NCBI GenBank assembly: GCA_964016885.1
Contig: CAXHJY010001218.1
Span: 1-35,978 of the forward strand
DNA from: Eledone cirrhosa
Lineage: Eukaryota
Direction of reading: 5' to 3'
DNA length: 35,978 nt
Position numbers and translations under genes: made by a program
Notes under the pieces: model-generated
Databases searched by the model: none
Told to the model about the DNA's origin: nothing
The model's input: the letters and a program-made list of their open reading frames with translations, nothing else
In this document: in pieces, positions 15,279 to 24,788 of the stretch
Numbering within the stretch: position 1 is the first letter of the stretch
Layout: each line of letters starts with the position of its first letter

Positions 15279-16416
15279 TAACAACAAAGAGCGCTTAGAA
15301 CATAGGTATATCTTTAATTGCTAACAGTGTTTCGTCCACACTAGAAGTGGGACTCTTCAGACTATAAAGAGTAAATACATAGTATACAAGCATTGACAAA
15401 GCCAAAACAGAAGAATATATGCGGGGATACCATAAGTTGGGAGGAGTTTAAAGAGTAAAGTAAAAAGAGTAAAATAAGAAAAGAGTAAAATAAAAATAAA
15501 CATAAAAATAATAAAAATATTAAAAATAAAAATAAAAATAAAAATACAATAAAAATAAAAATAAAAATAAAAAAAATAAAAACAAAAATAAAAATAAATA
15601 AAAATAAAAATAAATATAAAAATAAAAATAAAAATGAAAATGAAAAATAAAAAATAAAAAATAAAAAATAAAAAATAAGAAATGTTATCACTCACAGTTG
15701 GGCAGGGTTCCGTTAACATACAGCTACATACAAGTATATGCATAAGCATGAGCACCCGCATGCACCTACCACAAGCACCCATATGCAACACATACAATAT
15801 ACACTCATACAAGTAACATATCATAGACGGATGGGCACAAGTTAAGAGATAGAGATAGAGAAAAAATAGATAAGAGGTAGATAAAAAATAGTTAAAAAAA
15901 TAGATTAAAAAATAGATAAAAAAATAGATAAAAAATAGATAAAAAATAGATAAGAAATAGATAAAAAATAGATAAAAGATAAAAAATAAAAAATAATAAA
16001 ATAAAATAAAATAAAATAAAATAATATAAAGTAGAGTAAAATATACACCAGAAGATAAATAAAACAATACACCAAAAAAAATGGAGTAAAATATACACCA
16101 TAAAGGAAGGTGTGGGTAAAGATAAGACTGGCAAATGCATAAGCTATCAAGCTATGTTCAACAAGTGATATACGTACAACATATAAAATACACAAAAATA
16201 TATATACAAAAATATATATAAAAAATATATATAAAAGAGACGTATATATAAGGATATATATATGTATATATACACATATCAGTCCAAGTAATGCATATTT
16301 ATAAAGATGTAACTGGGGGTAAAAAGGTGTAATAAGGGTAATCAAGATGGTAATTATTAGGGCATGTAATAATAATATTAATATAGAAATCCTAAGGTGA
16401 CACTAGTGTTGACTCA
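15272..16416 (-). repeat. 3' pseudo-LTR of the Nematis-type PLE
   Basis: Direct repeat of 20480-21640, differing mainly in the lengths of the (AAAAAT)n and (AAAAAATAGAT)n tracts. Confidence 0.92.
15311..15370 (-). ncRNA. Minimal type I hammerhead in the 3' pLTR (stem I partly disrupted)
   Basis: TCTTTATAGT-CTGAAGA-GTCCCAC(TTCTA)GTGTGGAC-GAAACACTGTT-AGCAATTAAAGA. Confidence 0.7.
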
Positions 16417-16569
16417 TGGTGATATATGGAATATATCAGGACACGAACGCCTTAGGTGTTGCAGTTAGCCACAGTTCAACAATAGAGTGTTCGAATGAGA
16501 TTTTTTATGAACAGATGCTATGTCCGCACTAGATTGAGTTGACCATTACAATGCAATGGAAACATCCCA

Positions 16570-16704
16570 GGTTGGACAGTCCCAAAAGTTCACACTCCAA
16601 AGTTCAATCCACAGGTGTGCATTCATAGAGTTGAGCGGTTGGGCAATCCGAAAAAGTTCACACTACAAAGTTCAATACACAGATGTGCATTCATAGAGTT
16701 GAGC
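16570..16704. repeat. Diverged 67-68-bp tandem duplication in the PLE 3' non-coding region
   Basis: GGTTGGACAGTCCCAAAAGTTCACACT...ATTCATAGAGTTGAGC occurs twice (16570-16636, 16637-16704). Confidence 0.85.
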
Positions 16705-17855
16705 ACTCAGGCAAGAATTAACTGGTTAACAAGGTGTATCCATATCACAAGCAGGAGCAAATGCTGGGAAGGTTTGAGGCAAATTCATATACCGCAGCAC
16801 GAACATCAAGAGGCAAATAACTGAGGCGCATATTAGTGAGCAGAAGCAGGCAAGTGCAGGTGGTAAAACACAGTCAGGTGAAGCAGGTTATTATGCATAC
16901 CATTTAATATAATATAAGATAAGAAAACTCAACAACAGTGCATAACAAATAGCTTCCAAAGCCGATAACCACAAAATCATAACATTGAGCAACAATCCGG
17001 CACCACAAGAATATACTCAACATTAGGGTTAGTCCAGAGACAGTATATGTATACTTATACATACACACATACACACAGACATGTATATGCAGAGACAGTA
17101 TACGTACACATATATACAGAATATTCAAAATACAACCTTATGAGGAGATGCGTATTCCCACGTGTAGTCACCAGATTCAATTATAAACAAACCGTTAATA
17201 AATACGGAAGGCTATCGGGGCCAAAACATTATTCTTGGGAGAATAACACAGAGCGTCAATCTATGGAAGACCAACTATGCCAAAAATACACCGGGCAAAA
17301 ACACCCCAAAGTCAGCGTGTAGACTGTGAGCCGCAGAATAGGAGGGTAACACATACATGTACTCCATATCTACCGCCCACGGCGAGATGGCACAGGTCAG
17401 CTCACAGTGACTGGCTAACTCTCCGTCCCATATGGGCACAGGCCCATTGGTTCACCACGAGTCAAAGGTAATTTAAATAAACTAAAATAAGATAAAATGC
17501 GAGGGGCAGGTTAAATCTAATCAATTGTGCATCTTATAACGCAGTACACACTCTACATAGATGTATTACATCACAACTCATGAGCATACAAAGGTACAAA
17601 TCCATACAATACACGTTGGGATAGACCCACCAATACGCAAACACACACACGGTGGCTGGGCAAGTATGGAAGGGTCACATCCACTGTACCGAACAAGGGT
17701 GCTTATTAACATATACACCAACTCACGTATACACCTCGATATCCAAATTCCATATACACATTCAGGTATACATATACACACAGACACATATACAACCAAG
17801 ACAAACAATAGGAGACAAATACACTAGATTACCCAACTGGAGAATTCTGAAAGTG

Positions 17856-20318
17856 CTAGCTAATAGGCTTAAAGTAAAAGAAAGAGCTTAATATCCGGTG
17901 GGGGCATGAGGAAAATATTTCCGACTTTCTATTTAGTAGGGAGCACTTGGCAAATATAATAGAGTGGGATTCCGTAAGGCATAGGTTACATACTCTATTA
18001 TGAGGAGTATATGGATGGGATTTAGCAACTTGCCGCCAAGTGAGGGTGTACTGTGTTCGTGCATTTTTTAAATTGTGGACGTGCGCTGCCAAGGGGGTAG
18101 AATTCTTCAGTTTATTATGTCTAAATGTACACTGGTGAGAGTTAAATCTGGTTTTAAAAGGGGTGGAAGTTGATCCAATATAAGTTTTAGTGGACGCAGT
18201 AGTTACCACATCACACGCATAAACTATGTTTCTAGTAAGGCAGAAACCATTCAGGGGGCAGCCCGAAGCCCTTCTACAGTTACAATTTCTGGTGATGCTA
18301 TTATCTAAATGATCACCAGCTTGGTGACCACGGGTGTTCAGGCTACCTCTGTCGACTCCAATGTTTTCCCCTAGGCGTAAGGTGTCGAGGCCTTCCTTAA
18401 TTTTCTTATTATTGGTATTGGCTAGATGAGAGGCCAGATTTTGGGTTGTAGAATACGAGAGTTTAACCACATTCTTATTGAGGATAGAGTGGTACCTATT
18501 ACCAGGAGGGAAGTTCCTCTCTAACACAGAGAAGAAGGCCCTAGGAATATTCGTAGCCACTTCGGAGTTAAATGGGGGGTTAAAATATGTATTCAATCTT
18601 CTTCTATTCTTTTTGTTCTTATTATTATTACTATTACTATTATTACTATTACTATTATTATTACCATTATTATTATTATTAATTCCATTGCTAAGGTTAC
18701 TATGTTCACCTAATCTATGCGGGGAGCTAAGAGGCCTACCGTTATTGTTACTTGGTCCATTGGTACCCTGTTGGTGCATTTTACCGGCATTCAAAACCCT
18801 CATGTTCGAAACACCTCTATTACCAATGGACATATTATGTGTTATAACAACACTGGTAGAGCTACTATTTGGACTATTATTTCCCTGGGCATAATGTAAT
18901 TTGTCCCTAAAGCCGGATCTAGCTAAGGCATCATTATAATAATCAGCCTGCGAGTTAAACGCCTCTTCGCTATGTGAGAGTGAACTTATTCTGCTAGAGA
19001 CCCCCTTCAATATACCACCGATGACCGATTTAGGATGGTTGGAGTTAGTATTCACATAAGTCAGCAATTCATTAGGCTTATGGTAGGGTGTGTACGTATG
19101 GTTACCTAAGTCCAATGTAACATCAAGGAAGTTGACAGTCCTATCATTTATATCCATAGTAATGGACAGATTGAAGGTTTTAAAGAATTTATACAGCTTT
19201 TTCCTAATGCGCACTATATTATACTTGCTAGCATCTATGGAGAGTAGGGCATCATCACGGTACAACCCACCCCTAAGGAATGGAAAGTTACTATGTAGTT
19301 CAGTAAGGAGGTAGAGCCCAACTAAGTCGGTGACCTGAGCAGAATCACTTGACCCCATAGTAATGTCAAAATTATCCGGTGTGTTTTTTCTCGTCCATAA
19401 ATTATCCTCAAACATAATGATGGTTTTACGTGCGGCGAGAACGATATCTATCTGTGGCCGTGTAATGACCCCTCTCTGCATGGCTAGGATAAGGGCCTTA
19501 TTGAGGATGATAGGAGATATAGATGTATAATAAGCATCAATATCAAATTGGATAAACCTAAGCGAATCACGCCCACAATCCGTAGAAAACCACCTAATGA
19601 CTTCACTAGCATTACCCCAAAGCTCAAGGAATGTTTTTCTTTAACCAGGGGAATTACGCTATCTAAGATTCTCTTACTTATAAACCCCAAATCAGACTTG
19701 GAGGGGCAGATAAGCCTAACTGAGGGGCTACTAATAAAGTTTTCCTTATGGTCCTTAAGGGTGAATCTAGGCTGTTTGGGGTAATATGGTTGAGTGTGTT
19801 TATCTAGACCTAATTTTACTACTATGTTAATATTATTAACATAGATTAATATTATCTAAATTACTCTGCGTTGTTTTTTTGTAGTTCCTATGTAGTTCAT
19901 TATAAATGAAGCCACGATAAGTTTTATAATCCATACTATACAGGTTTTTAGTTTTGTCGGAAGGGACCAGAATAGATTTATTATCCTTAAAGTCCTTAAC
20001 GATTGAACCGAGTTTACTCTGAAAGTTATTGGTACATCTAGATTTTTTATACCTAATATTCCTGACAAGGGATAACAGCTCACTTTCGAAATTATCCAAT
20101 AGGCTATTGTGTGTGGGGCTCCTATATGTCTTAAAGCCATAATTATTAAAACTACACTTATCATCAGGGTTATCATACTTCTTATCAAAATAGAACGCAC
20201 GCTACCGAACACGTTTTACAAAGGAATTTATGCTAGTTATAAGCAATTTCTCATATGAAATTTTAGAAGAGGTGGGAATATTCTTCAAAGAAATGGGTAA
20301 GTATGTCTTTGTTAGCAT
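17856..20318 (-). pseudogene. PLE reverse transcriptase-GIY-YIG endonuclease, disrupted
   Basis: ATG at 20318 gives MLTKTYLPISLKNIP..., with a TAG at 20202-20204 and frameshifts near 19835 and 19630. Motifs TLKDHKENF, FIQFDIDAYY, FDITMGSSD, GLYRDDA, NFLDVTL, FNPPF, CNC..CPL..C, IVY...YIGST..FKTRFNSH, CNLCLTE, LLN...CPH. Confidence 0.92.
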
Positions 20319-20479
20319 ACTGCCTGATGATACACAAGAATATAAATTCACGCATATCAAAGTTGAAGCTCAACCAGTGGGAGCCGTATAATATATAAGG
20401 GAGAGAATGGGAGTGTGTAACACTCCACTTATCAAATAGGCAGTATATGGTTAGCTCAATGTCAGAGGACAGAGCCGTA

Positions 20480-21638
20480 ATACAATTAACAACAAAGAGC
20501 GCTTAGAACATAGGTATATCTTTAATTGCTAACAGTGTTTCGTCCACACTAGAAGTGGGACTCTTCAGAGCATAAAGAGTAAATACATAGTATACAAGCA
20601 TTGACAAAGCCAAAACAGAAGAATATATGCGGGGATACCATAAGTTGAGAGGAGTTTAAAGAGTAAAGTAAAAGGAGTTAAATAAGAAAAGAGTAAAATA
20701 AAAATAAACATAAAAATAAGAATGAAAATAAGAATAAAAATAAAAATAAAAATAAAAATAAAAATAAAAATAAAAATAAAAATAAAAATAAAAATAAAAA
20801 TAAAAATGAAAAATAAAAAATAAAAAATAAAATAAAATAAATGTTATCACTCACAGTTGGGCAAGGTTCCGTTAACATACAGCTACATACAAGTATATGC
20901 ATAAGCATGAGCACCCGCATGCACCTACACACAAGCACCCATATGCAACACATACAATATACACTCATACAAATAACATATCATAGACGGATGGGCACAA
21001 GTTGATAGAGATAGATAAAAAATAGATAAGAGGTAGATAAAAAATATATAAAAAATAGATAAAAAATAGATTAAAACATAGATAAAAAATAGATAAAAAT
21101 AGATAAAAAAAAGGATAAAAATAAATAAAAATAGATAAAAAATAGATAAAAAATAGATTAAAAAATAGATAAGAAATAGATAAAAAATAGATAAAAGATA
21201 AAAAATAAAAAATAATAAAATAAAATAAAATAAAATAAAATAAAATAATATAAAGTAGAGTAAAATATACACCAGAAGATAAATAAAACAATACACCCAA
21301 AAAAATGGAGTAAAATATACACCTTAAAGGAAGGTGTGGGTAAAGATAAGACTGGCAAATGCATAAGCTATCAAGCTATGTTCAACAAGTGATATACGTA
21401 CAACATATAAAATACACAAAAATATATATACAAAAATATATATAAAAAATATATATAAAAGAGACGTATATATAAGGATATATATATGTATATATACACA
21501 TATCAGTCCAAGTAATGCATATTTATAAAGATGTAACTGGGGGTAAAAAGGTGTAATAAGGGTAATCAAGATGGTAATTATTAGGGCATGTAATAATAAT
21601 ATTAAAATAGAAATCCTAAGGTGACACTATTGTTGACT

Positions 21639-21640
<2 letters not shown>
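20480..21640 (-). repeat. 5' pseudo-LTR of the Nematis-type PLE
   Basis: Direct repeat of 15272-16416. Confidence 0.92.
20519..20578 (-). ncRNA. Minimal type I hammerhead in the 5' pLTR (intact stem I)
   Basis: TCTTTA-TGCT-CTGAAGA-GTCC...GGAC-GAAAC(ACT)GTT-AGCA-AT-TAAAGA: TGCT/AGCA and TCTTTA/TAAAGA pair; GUU triplet. Confidence 0.8.
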
Positions 21641-21695
<55 letters not shown>

Positions 21696-21859
21696 ATATA
21701 TATATACATATATATATATATACCTATATATATATATACATATACATATATATATACATACATATATATATACATATATATATACATACATATATATATA
21801 CATATATATATACATACATATATATATACATATATATATATACATATACATATATATAC

Positions 21860-21891
<32 letters not shown>

Positions 21892-21925
21892 ATATACATA
21901 TATATATACATATACATATATATAC

Positions 21926-21959
<34 letters not shown>

Positions 21960-22489
21960 ATATATACATATACATACATATATATATATATACATATATA
22001 TATACATATATATATATATACATACATATATACATACATACATATATACATATACATATATATACATATATATATATATATATACATACATACATATATA
22101 CATATACATATATATACATATATATATATATATACATACATATATATATACATATATATACATATATATATACATATACATACATATATATATATATACA
22201 TATACATACATATATATATATATACATATATATATACATATATATATATATACATACATACATACATATATACATATATATACATATATATATATATACA
22301 TACATATATATATACATATATATATACATATATATACATATATATATACATATATATACATATATTTATACATATATATATATATACATACATACATATA
22401 TATATACATATATATACATATATATATACATATATATATATATACATATATATACATATACATATATATATACACATATATATATATAC

Positions 22490-22520
<31 letters not shown>

Positions 22521-22521
22521 C

Positions 22522-22612
<91 letters not shown>
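21641..22612. repeat. Interrupted (TA)nCA microsatellite
   Basis: Direct reading. Confidence 0.98.
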
Positions 22613-22614
<2 letters not shown>

Positions 22615-22662
22615 TATAGATAGGTAAATATACACGGGTGTGTATGATTGTGTATAGAAGAT

Positions 22663-23191
22663 TATATTAATAAGAGGAATTCCAACTTTGTCTGATTTAC
22701 TCGTTTTATTTACAATCCTTTAAAATATATATAATGGTATTATAATGAAATAGTATGATAGAATATTAAATTCTAAGTGTTAATTGAACAAGTACTTTCA
22801 TGCTTTCGCAATCTTCAGGTTCATGATATGTGGTGACAGTCGAGTTTGCAATTTTCAACTGTAATGAGATGGGTAAATTTCCTACCTTTTATACATTTTA
22901 TACAGAGAAAAGTGGCTCCAGAATGCAAAGCCCTGCAAACTGTATTTCGACCAATCAGTGTGTAGTTTCACTGAATTACTACAGCTGATTGGTTTAAGCG
23001 TCACGGCTGGTTGAGCATGCTAACGACCAATAGTCATATCCAACGTATCAATTGTTTTGCTTTTTTGAAATGATGAAAATAGCATTTTCTATTAATCATC
23101 ACCATCAACATCACTTTTATTATTATTATTATTGTTGTTGTTGTTGTTGTTAGTGGTCGTGGTCATAGTGGTAGTAGAAGTAATACCCCTA
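22663..23191 (-). repeat. Inverted copy of the 3' pLTR (27030-27558)
   Basis: Mirror coordinates sum to 50221. Four substitutions noticed in 529 bp. Confidence 0.95.
22785..22823 (-). ncRNA. Minimal type I hammerhead in the inverted pLTR
   Basis: Reverse complement of 27398-27436. Confidence 0.8.
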
Positions 23192-23522
23192 CGTCTTGTA
23201 GAATTCTTCGCTGATAAAAATAATGAGAGTGATGAATCACTAGTAAAGAATAATATTCTATCATACTATTTCATTATAATACCATTATATATATTTTAAA
23301 GGATTGTAAATAAAACGAGTAAATCAGACAAAGTTGGAATTCCTCTTATTAATATAATCTTCTATACACAATCATACACACCCGTGTATATTTACCTATC
23401 TATATCTATATATATATTCCTATTGTGTATATGCCAACATGTCTGGAAAGCAACAAATGAAACCAACAGAATCATAAAGAATTCTAAAGGAGATATCATC
23501 GAAATTATCAACACTTATCACG

Positions 23523-24788
23523 ATGATGGACACACAATCCTCTATTTTAAAGGAAATAGAAAAACAATCTACAGACGGAAAACTTATAACTGAACATATA
23601 AACTCTGAAATTAAGAATTTAGCTGAAATTATACCAACAGTTATCAAAGATACAAGAGAAAGCCTACCACAACCCCCTTGGATGTCAGAAATAAACGAAA
23701 GAAATTTGGAAAACAAAACACATCGAATAAGAAAAGAAATGTGGAAGACATGGAAAAAATTCCTTAACATAAGAAAACAAAATTTCTGGAAAGCATACAG
23801 ATGCGAAAAATATGTCGAAACACATTCGAAATGGCTCTCTCTAACGGCACCCATACTCCCTCGTAAATACCTAATTACAGAAATTGCAGGAGAACCAGAA
23901 GAAGAAACAAAACTCCGATGGGAACTTACATTGACAAAATTCAGGACCGACATCTCCATTTCTGAATGTAAACAATCCCGCTACAAAGCCAAATATGAAG
24001 CTATTGATGACCAAATTGAAGTTGAAATTTCAAAGCTAACGACTGGTATTATAGCTGAAAAACTACGAGAACTATGGATCGGAGATATCTCAAAAGAAGA
24101 AAACAAATCAAGAAAGGTATGGCAGCAGAAACAATTATTTCTCGATGAATATGCTGCAAATTACGGTAAAGACTCTGGAACCCTGAGAAAAAGCATTAAA
24201 AGTGGACAATCTCATCAACACAACATACGCCAGAACACGTGCCAACACAAACACTCACCTTACCTTGAATCAAAGAAGAACTACGGTAATAACTCTTCGC
24301 TTTTTCTACAAAAACACCCTATCGCACACAACATGAACAAAAAGCACAAACACGATAGGTATTCCTTTGACCAGACCATGAGAAGTAGTAAAACCAGGAG
24401 ATCATTCTCAAGATCTCAACAGAGACTACCAACAAGGAATGTGGAAACAAAACGTAGAATAACCAGATCACTCTCAAGATCTCAACAGAGATTGCCCACA
24501 AGAAACTGGACGAAAAAACGATCTAAACCTGAAAGCAAACCTAGGTCATTTTCCCAGATTGTTAAAAATAATGCTAACAGGAAGAAAAATAATATACAGA
24601 ATACCAAAAATAGGACAAAATACATAACGAAACCAAATATAATATCACGACCAAAAGTTCATCAAGCGAACACCAACAGGAATATAAATCCTGAACAGAG
24701 AAAAATTCATTTTTTAACGTCAGGACAACAAAAACCGGAAAAAGAAAAACTCCAGGAGGAAACATACCCAAAACAGCTGTACACGTAG
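23523..24788 (+). CDS. PLE upstream ORF1 (421 aa): charged helical N-terminal half and basic Arg/Ser/Lys-rich C-terminal half; function unknown
   Basis: Long open frame inside the element with a duplicated RSxSRSQQRLPTRN motif (66-nt period, 24399 and 24465). The ancestral start is probably ATG 23439, which is in frame but followed by one TAA at 23475-23477. Confidence 0.75.
   Translation: MMDTQSSILKEIEKQSTDGKLITEHINSEIKNLAEIIPTVIKDTRESLPQPPWMSEINERNLENKTHRIRKEMWKTWKKFLNIRKQNFWKAYRCEKYVETHSKWLSLTAPILPRKYLITEIAGEPEEETKLRWELTLTKFRTDISISECKQSRYKAKYEAIDDQIEVEISKLTTGIIAEKLRELWIGDISKEENKSRKVWQQKQLFLDEYAANYGKDSGTLRKSIKSGQSHQHNIRQNTCQHKHSPYLESKKNYGNNSSLFLQKHPIAHNMNKKHKHDRYSFDQTMRSSKTRRSFSRSQQRLPTRNVETKRRITRSLSRSQQRLPTRNWTKKRSKPESKPRSFSQIVKNNANRKKNNIQNTKNRTKYITKPNIISRPKVHQANTNRNINPEQRKIHFLTSGQQKPEKEKLQEETYPKQLYT

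Larger units (their letters stand above)
15272..21640 (-). mobile_element. Penelope-like retroelement (GIY-YIG-containing, Nematis-type), full length with direct pLTRs, decayed
   Basis: RT plus GIY-YIG coding region between direct repeats 15272-16416 and 20480-21640, each carrying a hammerhead. The clade call is from motif recall only. Confidence 0.9.

Noticed and set aside
15357-16345. Phe/Ile/Tyr-rich 'membrane protein' ORFs (also 20656-21569 and 8379-8707)
   Set aside because: Translations of A/T-rich simple repeats inside pLTR-type sequence.
20324-20360. CTGATGA on the plus strand near the Nematis start codon as another hammerhead
   Set aside because: No stem II followed by GAAA and no stem I complement.
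15272-21640. LTR retrotransposon interpretation of the 1.15-kb direct repeats
   Set aside because: No gag, protease or integrase and no evident PBS/PPT; the RT and GIY-YIG motifs and hammerheads identify PLE pseudo-LTRs.
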